This document shows positions 1-8,609 of a DNA stretch of 64,000 nt, one piece after another. Origin of the DNA: an uncultured Candidatus Saccharimonadales bacterium (GTDB taxonomy: Bacteria; Patescibacteriota; Saccharimonadia; UBA4664); assembly GCA_964467655.1 (NCBI GenBank), contig CAYXSN010000006.1, forward strand, positions 9,601-73,600, read 5' to 3'. The translations under genes were made by a program, and so were the position numbers. Every line of letters starts with the position of its first letter. Within the stretch, counting starts at the first letter, position 1. The notes under the pieces were generated by a model. That model did no database searches and was not told where the DNA came from. It saw only the letters and a list, made by a program, of their open reading frames with translations.

Positions 1-295
1 AGCTACCACAAATTACCAGCATTGGCACACCATCAGCTGCCATTTTTTTTAGCTCAACACCATGGCGGCTTAAATCTTGGCTCATAATCACCTGTCCCGA
101 GTCTTGTCCTCCCCCACCAAAAACTAAGTCGATATCAGACCAATTTACTCTGGCATGAGGCTCGATCGGCACTACCTCAGTCTTGATATTTCTCCACGCT
201 AACCGTTGTCGCAAAGTCAGCACATTACCCATATCACCATAGATATTCATCTCACGAGGATACAAGTGTCCAATGGTGATGGTTGGGGTTCTCAT
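1..295 (-). CDS. gatD: Lipid II isoglutaminyl synthase glutaminase subunit GatD (partial; the C-terminus lies before the window start)
   Basis: Reverse-strand translation from the ATG at 293-295 gives MRTPTITIGHLYPREMNIYGDMGNVLTLRQRLAWRNIKTEVVPIEPHARVNWSDIDLVFGGGGQDSGQ..., a typical GatD (CobQ-like glutamine amidotransferase) N-terminus. Its start overlaps the murT stop (ATGA), the usual murT-gatD coupling. Confidence 0.75.
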   Translation of the reverse strand, partial: MRTPTITIGHLYPREMNIYGDMGNVLTLRQRLAWRNIKTEVVPIEPHARVNWSDIDLVFGGGGQDSGQVIMSQDLSRHGVELKKMAADGVPMLVICGS

Positions 296-1659
296 GATAC
301 CGGCTCCATTTTGGTATGCTTCGACAATACTTCGCGAATTTCGTTCATCGCCGTATAGGTGGGCAGGATGAGCACTTCACTGCCTACTGGCCGGCTTAAA
401 ACCAACCAGTCGATTGCTGCTGGCAGATCTGATTCAATATGGGCCGTTATACCAGCGTATTTTAACCTCAATGCCATATCCAACCGGCGCAAACCCGTTA
501 CGCCAGCCGCAAGATCTTGTCCCGCAAGGCCCTCTAAAGGTACGTCCCACAACCATGAAACATCACGACCATCTGCGTGCAGATCGTTAATGGCAAACAA
601 CACCGCCAAGTCTTGCCGGTCTTGAAGAAATGTTTGTACTACCTGGGCAAAGCCGGCGGGGTTTTTAATGAGTAGGATGCAAATGGTTCGACCCCGGTAC
701 GCTACCCGCTCGACTCTGCCAAATGCCGGCACCGATTCCGACATGGCCCTTTCGATAGTTGACATAGTCACCCCATAGCGGGCTGCGACAGCAGCAGCGG
801 CCACCGCATTATAGACGTTATATATGCCAGGGAGCTGATATTGAACTTTTACCCGATGATCAAAAAGCTTAATTTTTAATCTGCTTGACCGGGTTGTCAT
901 ATCACTTATTGATGTAACTTCAACATCGGGTATGGGACGCTTATAATGACATTTTGGGCAACGGTAATGCCCAATATGACCGAACCAAATCCTTGGAAAT
1001 ACTAGTACCTCATGACATATCGGGCAACGGTCAGAATCGGTAGCGGTGATCAATGACGGTCGATGATCAACGGTATCACCTACCCCAAAATACACTGTCG
1101 ATTGAGGATCAACCGCATACTTGGCCAAATTGGCGACCAGTGGATCATCGGCATTTAAGCACAATGTTGCTTCTGTTTGGCCAATACCCTCACCGATTAA
1201 CGCCGCAGTAGTATCAAGCTCACCATACCGGTCGAGTTGGTCACGAAATAAATTTAATACAACAATGTAGCGTGGCTTCAATAATCCGGCCACGCGGCGC
1301 AAACTAGCCTCATCCACCTCAAATACTGCCACATCATAATTAAGCCGGCCATTTATGTGAGCTTTATCAATGACCGCCGACACAATGCCTCTTTTTAAAT
1401 TCGACCCCGTCGAGTTCGTAAGTACCCGCCAGCCTTTTTTCTCAAGCATTGAAGTTAACAGCTTGACGGTTGTTGTCTTGCCATTCGTGCCAGTTACCAA
1501 AATGACACCTTGGCTAAAACGACCGGCAATTTTTGCCAATAAATTTTTGTCGAGCCGCTCAGCCACAAGACCAGGCAGTGCTTGTCCGCCACCCCGACCC
1601 GTTACCCTGCTGATGCGGGCTGCGGTTTTACCGGCCAACAATGTAGACCAAACTGCCAT
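292..1659 (-). CDS. murT: Lipid II isoglutaminyl synthase subunit MurT (Mur ligase family with a C-terminal DUF1727 region)
   Basis: 455 aa. Has the Mur-ligase P-loop GTNGKTTT and a CPICH...CPKCH zinc-ribbon motif typical of MurT. Lies immediately upstream of gatD on the same strand. Confidence 0.8.
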   Translation of the reverse strand: MAVWSTLLAGKTAARISRVTGRGGGQALPGLVAERLDKNLLAKIAGRFSQGVILVTGTNGKTTTVKLLTSMLEKKGWRVLTNSTGSNLKRGIVSAVIDKAHINGRLNYDVAVFEVDEASLRRVAGLLKPRYIVVLNLFRDQLDRYGELDTTAALIGEGIGQTEATLCLNADDPLVANLAKYAVDPQSTVYFGVGDTVDHRPSLITATDSDRCPICHEVLVFPRIWFGHIGHYRCPKCHYKRPIPDVEVTSISDMTTRSSRLKIKLFDHRVKVQYQLPGIYNVYNAVAAAAVAARYGVTMSTIERAMSESVPAFGRVERVAYRGRTICILLIKNPAGFAQVVQTFLQDRQDLAVLFAINDLHADGRDVSWLWDVPLEGLAGQDLAAGVTGLRRLDMALRLKYAGITAHIESDLPAAIDWLVLSRPVGSEVLILPTYTAMNEIREVLSKHTKMEPVS

Positions 1660-1666
1660 AACTTAA

Positions 1667-2593
1667 TTATACCTGCCAACGGGCCATGTACCGAATAACT
1701 TCATCGGCGACTTCATGAGCATTATCTACCCATACAACATCTTCGTTTCTTTTAAACCATGTTTGTTGTTTTTTAAATAATGCCATGTCACCTTGGACGA
1801 AGTTGTGCTTACCCACTTGCTCGGAGACCTCGCCCAAAACCACCGGTTTAAAGGCCCGGTATCCAATGACATTCATGGCCGGACTGTCCCATCCGTACAT
1901 GGTGCCAATCCGCTCCACCTCCTCAATAAAGCCTTGGGAAAGCATTTTTTCAACTCTCGAGGTAATCCGCTTCCGAGCAATATCTTTGTTCAAGCTCATT
2001 CCAATCACGAAACTACCTGGTAGAAGCGCCTGCCGTTGACCGCTACCCACGTCTAAGGTTTCTAAAGCCCGCACGACCCGCCGCTTGTTGTGTAAGTCAA
2101 GTTTGGAGGCCCTCTCAGGGTCCGCCGCATGTAAGCGTTGAACCAGCTCAGGCAATGGCAAGTCATTAAGTTCTGAGCGTAAACTCGGAGGCGGTGGCGG
2201 CGGAAAATCAAAACTATACAGTACGCTATCGATGTATAGACCACTGCCACCTACCATAATTGGTACGTGCCCTCTGGCCCATATCTCTATAGCCGCCGCC
2301 TCGGCCAAACGACGAAATCTGGCCGCACTCAGTATTTCGTTTGGCTCAATAACATCGAGCAAATGATGTTTGACAGCTTGGCGTTCTGAGCGCGTTGGCT
2401 TAGCGGTGCCAATATCCATATACTTATAGATAGTACGCGAGTCTGCACAAATAATCTCGCCATTAATTTGATGGGCTATATCGAGAGATATAGCAGTCTT
2501 ACCGCTTGCAGTGGGCCCAATAATGGCCAAGAATGGCTTATTACCCTCGATCATAATGCCTCGAATATCAAGCATATGTTGTAATATCCACAT
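1667..2593 (-). CDS. miaA: tRNA dimethylallyltransferase MiaA
   Basis: Contains GPTASGKT plus a conserved MiaA core. The true start is probably the internal Met at about 2554 (MIEGNKPFLAIIGPTASGKT). Confidence 0.8.
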   Translation of the reverse strand: MWILQHMLDIRGIMIEGNKPFLAIIGPTASGKTAISLDIAHQINGEIICADSRTIYKYMDIGTAKPTRSERQAVKHHLLDVIEPNEILSAARFRRLAEAAAIEIWARGHVPIMVGGSGLYIDSVLYSFDFPPPPPPSLRSELNDLPLPELVQRLHAADPERASKLDLHNKRRVVRALETLDVGSGQRQALLPGSFVIGMSLNKDIARKRITSRVEKMLSQGFIEEVERIGTMYGWDSPAMNVIGYRAFKPVVLGEVSEQVGKHNFVQGDMALFKKQQTWFKRNEDVVWVDNAHEVADEVIRYMARWQV

Positions 2594-2624
2594 CTAACCT
2601 AATACACATTACAGATATAGGTAG

Positions 2625-4478
2625 CTAAGTCAATTTTGATTGAGGCGCCCGCTCAGCTACCTCAAGCACCAGAGCTTCAATAAATTCAGCGATGCTCAGC
2701 TCACCAGTAAACTCTCCGTGACCTTGCCGCAGCCGCGGAGTCACTTTTTGCTGCTGGAGCTCTTTCTCGCCAATAACCAACGTATACGGCACTTTGGCGA
2801 CACCAGCCGCCCTGATTTTTTTGCCGACGCTTTCGGCGGTGGCATCAATGCCGACGCGCAATCCAGCTTGAACCAACAATTGTCGCCACTGCTCAACAAC
2901 TTGCTTAATTTGCTGGCTGTCGTTAACGGGAGCTAATCTGACTTGCTCTGGAGCTAGCCAGAGCGGGAAGGCTCCACCGGTGGACTCAATGAGCAAAACC
3001 ATGAATCTTTCGATTGATCCCATAATTGCTGCATGGATCATCACGATTCGCTCGCGGCCCCCAGTCTCGTTGATGCAAACCAAGTCAAAGCCTTCAGGCT
3101 GCCCAAAATCGAGCTGGATTGTGCCCGCCTGAAACTCTCGCCCAAATACATCCCGGCCTACAAAGTCGATCTTTGGCCCATAAAAGGCTGCGTCACCTAC
3201 CCCATCAACAAAATCATCACCAACCTTTGACCGCACCACTGCCTCAAGCTGCTCTTCAGCCCGCTGCCACATGTCAGCCGTACCTAAATAGTTTTCCATT
3301 TGCGTGCTATCGTGACGACTCAAACGTACCCGCAAGTCAATGCCAAACGTCAGGTTTAGAGTGGTCACAATCTCCCAAATCCGGCTAATTTCGGCTTCTA
3401 TCTGGCTCGTCCGGCAGAAAACGTGAGCGTCATCTTGGGTAATTGAACGCACCCGGCTCAAGCCCGATAACTCACCACTTTGCTCGTCACGATACACCAT
3501 GGTAGTCTCTCGGTAGCGAATCGGCAGATCACGGTAACTGCGTGGCTGACTTGCGTAAATTTGCGTGTGGTGAGGGCAGTTCATAGGCTTCATGGCAAAC
3601 AAGTGGCCTTCGCGAGTTTTGATCTTAAAAAGTTCCTCGGAAAACTTCTTCCAATGGCCGCTTTTTTCATACAAATCTTTCTTGGTGATATGAGGAATCG
3701 TCACCGCCTGGTACCCACCGCCCAAAGTCTCGCGTAACTCTTGCACGTAGTTGTTGAGTTGTTCCCGAATAACCGTTCCCCGCGGCGTCCATAGTGGCAG
3801 CCCCGGCCCAACGAGGTCACTAAAGACAAATAAGTCTAATTCTTTGCCGAGCTTGCGGTGGTCACGTGCCGCCGCTTGTTCCAGCAAGGCCAAATGATCA
3901 TCAAGCTCCGATTGTGTTGTAAAGCCTACACCATATACCCGCTGCAACTGGGCGTTTTTCTCATTACCTCGCCAATAAGCACCCGAAACCCGCATCAGTT
4001 TAAAGGCGCCAACCTTACCCGTCGACTCTACATGAGGCCCGCGGCACAAGTCGGTAAACGGACCATCGGTATATATACCAACCTCATCAACCTTAGCATC
4101 GTCATCTACCCCCAGCTGGGATCTATCAATATCCCGGGCCACAGTCGTACCATGGACCTTGAGGTCATTAAGCAAATCAATTTTATAAGTCTGTTGGCGC
4201 TCATCAAAATAAGCGATTGCCTCATCAAGTTTCATTGTGGAATGCTCGAACGGATAATCTGCCTTGATGACCTCATTCATTTTGGTTTCGATTTTGGCCA
4301 GATCAGCGTCACCCAGTTTAGCCGACAGGTCGACATCATAGTAAAAACCATGCTCAACAACAGGCCCTACTCCAAACTTGGCATCTGGGTACAACTGCGC
4401 AATCGCCGTGGCCATAATATGAGCCAGCGAATGCCTCATAGCGAATAATTGTGGATTTTCTATTTTTTCTGCCATCAT
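2625..4478 (-). CDS. thrS: Threonyl-tRNA synthetase lacking the N-terminal TGS domain
   Basis: 617 aa with the class II aaRS motifs and the HRKLGKELDLF segment typical of ThrRS, and an anticodon-binding C-terminus. Preceded by a T-box leader. Confidence 0.85.
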   Translation of the reverse strand: MMAEKIENPQLFAMRHSLAHIMATAIAQLYPDAKFGVGPVVEHGFYYDVDLSAKLGDADLAKIETKMNEVIKADYPFEHSTMKLDEAIAYFDERQQTYKIDLLNDLKVHGTTVARDIDRSQLGVDDDAKVDEVGIYTDGPFTDLCRGPHVESTGKVGAFKLMRVSGAYWRGNEKNAQLQRVYGVGFTTQSELDDHLALLEQAAARDHRKLGKELDLFVFSDLVGPGLPLWTPRGTVIREQLNNYVQELRETLGGGYQAVTIPHITKKDLYEKSGHWKKFSEELFKIKTREGHLFAMKPMNCPHHTQIYASQPRSYRDLPIRYRETTMVYRDEQSGELSGLSRVRSITQDDAHVFCRTSQIEAEISRIWEIVTTLNLTFGIDLRVRLSRHDSTQMENYLGTADMWQRAEEQLEAVVRSKVGDDFVDGVGDAAFYGPKIDFVGRDVFGREFQAGTIQLDFGQPEGFDLVCINETGGRERIVMIHAAIMGSIERFMVLLIESTGGAFPLWLAPEQVRLAPVNDSQQIKQVVEQWRQLLVQAGLRVGIDATAESVGKKIRAAGVAKVPYTLVIGEKELQQQKVTPRLRQGHGEFTGELSIAEFIEALVLEVAERAPQSKLT

Positions 4479-4504
4479 TCATATCCTATAGTTAGTGCTA
4501 ATAA

Positions 4505-4690
4505 TCCAAAAAACACGCACACATTTTCTTTGTGCGTGTCTGGGTCCACAACGCTGCGGACGGTTCCACCAGACTTCCTTATAAAAGCTCTGGGGCTACT
4601 ATAAGGCTCTCATGCAGCCCATATCACGTCACAGGCTAAGACGGAGCTAGCAGGGCGGTTACTCCCGCATCAACACTCTCTTGAACTCAA
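4505..4690 (-). promoter_or_regulatory. T-box riboswitch leader of thrS: Stem I region, T-box/antiterminator, and intrinsic terminator
   Basis: On the minus strand the leader reads ...AAGGAAGUCUGGUGGAACCGUCCGCAGCGUUGUGGACCCAGA-CACGCACAAAGAAAAUGUGUGCGUGUUUUUUGG. UGGUGGAACCG matches the T-box consensus GGUGGNACCG. Helix A1 is UCUGG/CCAGA, the 7-nt bulge is UGGAACC, and helix A2 is GUCCGC/GUGGAC. This is followed by the terminator ACACGCACA-loop-UGUGCGUGU plus U6, about 35 nt before the thrS ATG. Confidence 0.7.
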
Positions 4691-4693
4691 GCT

Positions 4694-4702
4694 ATTATAC
4701 CA
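4694..4702 (-). promoter_or_regulatory. Extended -10 promoter element (TGGTATAAT) driving the thrS T-box leader
   Basis: The minus strand reads TGGTATAAT (extended -10 TGnTATAAT) just upstream of the leader. No convincing -35 was found. Confidence 0.4.
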
Positions 4703-4724
4703 TGAAGCTGCCAATCGTCGGTAG

Positions 4725-5030
4725 CTAGTTCACGGCCGTGTCACCTACACCCTTTTCGGCATCGTTTTTATGCATTCCCTCATAGGCAGCCCGCAACCGC
4801 GCCGCCTGCTCTGCTCCCCGCGCCTCGTCGCTCGCTATTTGTTCAGGTGTACGTTGAGCCGGCCGCCGCTCAGCGGTCGGACCGCCCACCAATGGCCTGG
4901 GTGGTAAACCCGCGGCGATCCTCACCCCAATGGCTCTATCGTATGCGGCACCAGCGGTTTGTTCACCGTCTGGTTCTCGATGAGACCTAAGACCGCCACC
5001 AAGCTCTGCCTGCGGATCATCTCGTTCCAA
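4725..5030 (-). CDS. Hypothetical low-complexity (G/A/R/E/P-rich) small protein, or possibly a non-coding segment (uncertain)
   Basis: 101-codon ORF with a TTG start, in a locally GC-rich segment between tRNA-Val and the thrS promoter. GGAGGGG lies 9 nt upstream of the TTG. No recognisable family. Confidence 0.2.
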   Translation of the reverse strand: MERDDPQAELGGGLRSHREPDGEQTAGAAYDRAIGVRIAAGLPPRPLVGGPTAERRPAQRTPEQIASDEARGAEQAARLRAAYEGMHKNDAEKGVGDTAVN

Positions 5031-5070
5031 AATATCATCCCCTCCTCAAATCTAACCAAAAGATAATTAC

Positions 5071-5147
5071 TGGTGGGTCCTAGAGGATTCGAACCTCTGA
5101 CCTCTTCCACGTCAAGGAAGCGCTCTAACCAACTGAGCTAAGAACCC
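5071..5147 (-). tRNA. tRNA-Val (anticodon GAC)
   Basis: 77-nt cloverleaf on the minus strand, GGGTTCT...TTCGAAT...AGGACCCACCA. Anticodon loop is TTGACGT and CCA is encoded. Confidence 0.85.
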
Positions 5148-5238
5148 AGGTTCCAGACACAAAATATACGGCATTTGCGCCCAAAACGCAATTGCGATAC
5201 AATTTCCCTCGTTATAGCGTTGACCCTGCCCCATTCAC

Positions 5239-5315
<77 letters not shown>

Positions 5316-5422
5316 GGTATTATTGTTAGTTAATCCCGCTTAAGCTTGCTGCTCACTCCCTGCCAAGGTACGCTATTGGTAGCTCAGGTTGTGAGAAATA
5401 ACAGCTTAAGAGGCATAGGCTT

Positions 5423-6562
5423 ATGCTAACTCAGCAAATTGCCGAAAAAATCCGTACCAAAGTAAGCTCTCTGATAAGCCAGGAGCTATGGGTAGTGGAT
5501 TTGGCCGGTCAAAGCTTATCTCACACCACTCATCTCGCACCAGCATCCGTTGATCTTGCTACCACAGATTGGGCCATTGCCTTTTCTTACGGAGGCAACG
5601 TCGTGGGCTATATCGTGTTGGAAAAACAACTTTCAGGCCACACCGACATTGCTCCACTCATCAAATCTATTGCAGAGCTGATTATGCATCAGTCCCTGGT
5701 ACTCGAACAAATCCCCCATCAAGATGAGCGCCTGGATAAGTTTGTCTATGACCTCTTAAACGAACCTGATCCTGACTGGAAACTGTTGAGCGCCGAAGCT
5801 AGGCTGTTTGATATTGAACTCGAAAGGCCCCGCATAGCCATAATCGTCCGCATCGATGACGACGTACTTACAAGCAGCCTGCAAGACCCCAGCAGCGACC
5901 GAGACATCAGGGTCAGCCGTTATAAATCGAACTTATCCCGAGCCCTTGATTCTTTTTATACCTCTAGCCGGGCCAACATTGTAGCCTATTTGGGCAGTAA
6001 TACGTTTTGCATACTCAAGGACATACTAGCCAACGATGAAGACGACTCAGATACTGTAACGAGCGTTGAAAGATTTAAGAAGAGCTTGAATGCCTTCTAC
6101 GGTATCATCAAGGGTGAACTCAATACTCCAGCGACCATAGGTGTAGGTAATTACCACGAAGAACTAACCGGCCTGCGCCAGAGCTATTTGGAGGCCAAAT
6201 CAGCCATTGAGCTTGGATCAGTTAACTGGGACTACGATAAAATCTATCACATCGATGATTTTGGCGTAGTAGCCCCTTTGTTATCAGGTATTGATGAAAA
6301 CAATATCTATTTTTCACGTGATCTTCTCGACAAACTCGGCCGAAATCAGGAGATTATTGAAACGCTCAATGCTTTTTTCAATTATGATATGTCACTTACC
6401 CGAACTGCTGATGCCATGAAGATACATCGCAATACGCTAGTCTACCGACTCGACCGTATCAAAGAAGCCCTCGGACTCGATCCGCGCGACTTTGAAGATG
6501 CTATGCAGATTAGGCTAGCCATTTTGTACACCCGCTTTTTGGAGCCAGACAATGCAGCTTAA
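5423..6562 (+). CDS. CdaR/PucR-family transcriptional regulator (sugar-diacid-regulator-like; C-terminal PucR HTH)
   Basis: 379 aa. The C-terminus MKIHRNTLVYRLDRIKEALGLDPRDFEDAMQIRLAILY is a PucR-type HTH. The N-terminal and middle regions resemble the CdaR diacid-recognition architecture. Confidence 0.65.
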   Translation: MLTQQIAEKIRTKVSSLISQELWVVDLAGQSLSHTTHLAPASVDLATTDWAIAFSYGGNVVGYIVLEKQLSGHTDIAPLIKSIAELIMHQSLVLEQIPHQDERLDKFVYDLLNEPDPDWKLLSAEARLFDIELERPRIAIIVRIDDDVLTSSLQDPSSDRDIRVSRYKSNLSRALDSFYTSSRANIVAYLGSNTFCILKDILANDEDDSDTVTSVERFKKSLNAFYGIIKGELNTPATIGVGNYHEELTGLRQSYLEAKSAIELGSVNWDYDKIYHIDDFGVVAPLLSGIDENNIYFSRDLLDKLGRNQEIIETLNAFFNYDMSLTRTADAMKIHRNTLVYRLDRIKEALGLDPRDFEDAMQIRLAILYTRFLEPDNAA

Positions 6563-7733
6563 TCATTCACTCGCCTCCCTGATAGCAGACAAAGCCCGAC
6601 AAGTCCTAAAACGAGATATTGTTGTAGCAGATACAACAGGGTATTTACTATCATGCATCGCCGACAACGAACCAGCAATTCCTGAAGCCCTAGCTGCAGC
6701 TCAAAGTGGCCACCCCCAAACTGGTACTTTTAAAGGACTCTCCATGAAATGGTGGCCGTTTATGTACGACGAAAGCACGGTTGCTATCTTTGGCGTGCCA
6801 CTTGACCACGGTCCGATTACCCAGGAAGCCATCGCGCTGCTCCAGGGTTTGGCGGAAGTCATTATTTATCAGCACACTCTCCTCGATAAGATGCAATCGA
6901 GTGAAAGACTAAGGGCCAGTTTCCTACATGAAACCCTCACGAGTACACAGGTAAACTCCATCAAAACCTATCACCAGGCCGATATTCTCAAGCTAAATCT
7001 AAAAAGTCCTTCATCCGTCATATTAATACATATCGAGGGCTTTACCAAAGAAGTATTATCAGAGAACGCTTCACTATCTCCAGAAGAAGCAGGCCTTAAG
7101 CTCAGTCAAGCGGCCGCGGCCATTTGTGCTCACCTTGCCGCAAGCTTCACGGCTTACCCTGCCAATACCATCTGTCATTTTGAAGGTGACCAATTTGTGA
7201 TTATCAAAGGCGTTATTGCTACTCAACCTACGACGACAAACACGATTAAATATCTCAAGGAACAAGCGGAGCTCATCAACCACACCATATCAAGTTACCT
7301 GCCTGGAAAAAATATTACACTTGGTGTCGGTCAGTATTATCCAGAGCTGGCTGGTCTGCGCAAAAGCTACGAGGACGCTAAATTGGCATTGACTGTAGGG
7401 CAAAGAATCTGGGGGTCTGGACGTATCTACCACATCAAAGATGTAGGGATGTACATAACGCTCTCTGGAGCTACACCTGATCGAAAAGCCGAGCTAGCTC
7501 ACCAGATTTTAGCTCCCCTCATGCGGGACGAGCAGCTCTTTAAAACCGTATCAAGCTTCTTAAGTAAAGGGCTCAATTTAACTGACGCCGCCGAAGAACT
7601 CCATATCCACCGTAACACTCTCATTTATCGGTTAGATAAAACCCAAAAACTGATTGGCCTCGATCCCCGACACTTTGATGATGCTCTTCAAATCAAATTG
7701 GGCCTCATGTTTTACGCCGAACCAGCGACATAG
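6552..7733 (+). CDS. CdaR/PucR-family transcriptional regulator, tandem paralog
   Basis: 393 aa, paralogous to the upstream gene (for example GVGQYYPELAGLRKSYEDAKLAL against GVGNYHEELTGLRQSYLEAKSAI). Same HTH (LHIHRNTLIYRLDKTQKLIGLDPRHFDDALQIKLGL). Overlaps the upstream gene by 11 nt. Confidence 0.65.
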   Translation: MQLNHSLASLIADKARQVLKRDIVVADTTGYLLSCIADNEPAIPEALAAAQSGHPQTGTFKGLSMKWWPFMYDESTVAIFGVPLDHGPITQEAIALLQGLAEVIIYQHTLLDKMQSSERLRASFLHETLTSTQVNSIKTYHQADILKLNLKSPSSVILIHIEGFTKEVLSENASLSPEEAGLKLSQAAAAICAHLAASFTAYPANTICHFEGDQFVIIKGVIATQPTTTNTIKYLKEQAELINHTISSYLPGKNITLGVGQYYPELAGLRKSYEDAKLALTVGQRIWGSGRIYHIKDVGMYITLSGATPDRKAELAHQILAPLMRDEQLFKTVSSFLSKGLNLTDAAEELHIHRNTLIYRLDKTQKLIGLDPRHFDDALQIKLGLMFYAEPAT

Positions 7734-7741
7734 GTTAACAC

Positions 7742-7789
7742 TTGTTACAAAATTTGATGCTTACGCGTTGTAGTTTTTGTAACATTTTT
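7742..7789 (+). terminator. Possible terminator or regulatory inverted repeat downstream of the regulator pair
   Basis: 11-bp inverted repeat TTGTTACAAAA...TTTTGTAACA with a 21-nt spacer, followed by TTTTTA. Confidence 0.25.
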
Positions 7790-7866
7790 AGTAGTTAGTT
7801 ACTTATATCAAGATTATCATACCTTCTAACTATCGAATCTTTAGCATTATATGAGGGGCAACCATA

Positions 7867-8112
7867 ATGAATCAAAATAAACACCTAAACCGCCTTGATT
7901 ATTTCTTTTCAGAAATCCCCGCACTTAAGCCTGGTATCGATTACTTCCAAGACATAGAGATCCAAGAAGCATATGAAGTTTCATCATCGTCCTCCAAGAA
8001 AGGACTATCTCGGGAACAGGTTTCGGCTTTAGCTATTGATGCCCTCGAAGCTGCACTTCTGCCTTCACGCCAGGGCCAGGCCTCAGGTAAACCCAATCGA
8101 AAACTACATTAG
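7867..8112 (+). CDS. Hypothetical protein (81 aa)
   Basis: ORF with a GAGGGG RBS 8 nt upstream of the ATG. No family recognised. Confidence 0.35.
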   Translation: MNQNKHLNRLDYFFSEIPALKPGIDYFQDIEIQEAYEVSSSSSKKGLSREQVSALAIDALEAALLPSRQGQASGKPNRKLH

Positions 8113-8201
8113 TATCATTAGTCTTGAATGTTCGGAAAAAGTTCGGTAACTTGAGATATAGAGGTGAGGCACAGTATCTAAACAAGGAGCCCAAACAGGA
8201 C

Positions 8202-8609
8202 ATGTCTCAATCTATTGAAGATCTCAGGATCTACAAACAGGCGCGTGAACTCGAAGACCAAATTTACGAACTCGTCAAAAGCCTTCCCAAGGACCAATTT
8301 TATGCCTTAGGCAATGATCTGCGCCGATCCAGCGCTGGAGTCTCTCACCACATCATGAATACCCATCAATACTTTAGTTACACCCTAAAGCTTGATGAAC
8401 TAGCCGCCGCCCGCCGCCAGGCAGAGATCACATTGCATCATCTTGAGTCAGCCAAATTGTATGGTGACCAAACTGAACTAGTGAATGGCTACACCTCTGT
8501 CATAAAACAAGCCTGGGGACTATCAAAATGGCTATCGGCTAAATTGAAAGAAAAGCAACAAAAAACCGAGGTGTCAGCTAAAGAAGCTTTGGCCGCCGCT
8601 CCGGCTTAA
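8202..8609 (+). CDS. Four-helix-bundle protein (the family often encoded in 23S rRNA intervening sequences)
   Basis: Motifs LRIYKQARELEDQIYELVKSLPKDQFYALGNDLRRSSAGVSHHI. Probable start at the internal Met (MSQSIEDL...). Confidence 0.55.
   Translation: MSQSIEDLRIYKQARELEDQIYELVKSLPKDQFYALGNDLRRSSAGVSHHIMNTHQYFSYTLKLDELAAARRQAEITLHHLESAKLYGDQTELVNGYTSVIKQAWGLSKWLSAKLKEKQQKTEVSAKEALAAAPA

Noticed and set aside
1370-2250. Short plus-strand ORFs (1370..1666, 1785..2039, 1793..2023) and the minus-strand ORF 2062..2250
   Set aside because: Embedded in or antisense to murT and miaA, with no independent evidence.
4725-5070. Possible tmRNA, RNase P RNA or SRP RNA in the GC-rich segment next to the tRNAs
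   Set aside because: No tRNA-like TTCGA...CCACCA 3' domain and no plausible tag ORF ending in hydrophobic-AA plus stop. No GGAAAGUCCGG (RNase P P4) or GGAAGCAGC (SRP) motifs on either strand. Left as unassigned.
4922-5110. 62-aa minus-strand ORF
   Set aside because: It overlaps the tRNA-Val(GAC) gene (5071-5147). It is an artefact of the open frame through the tRNA.
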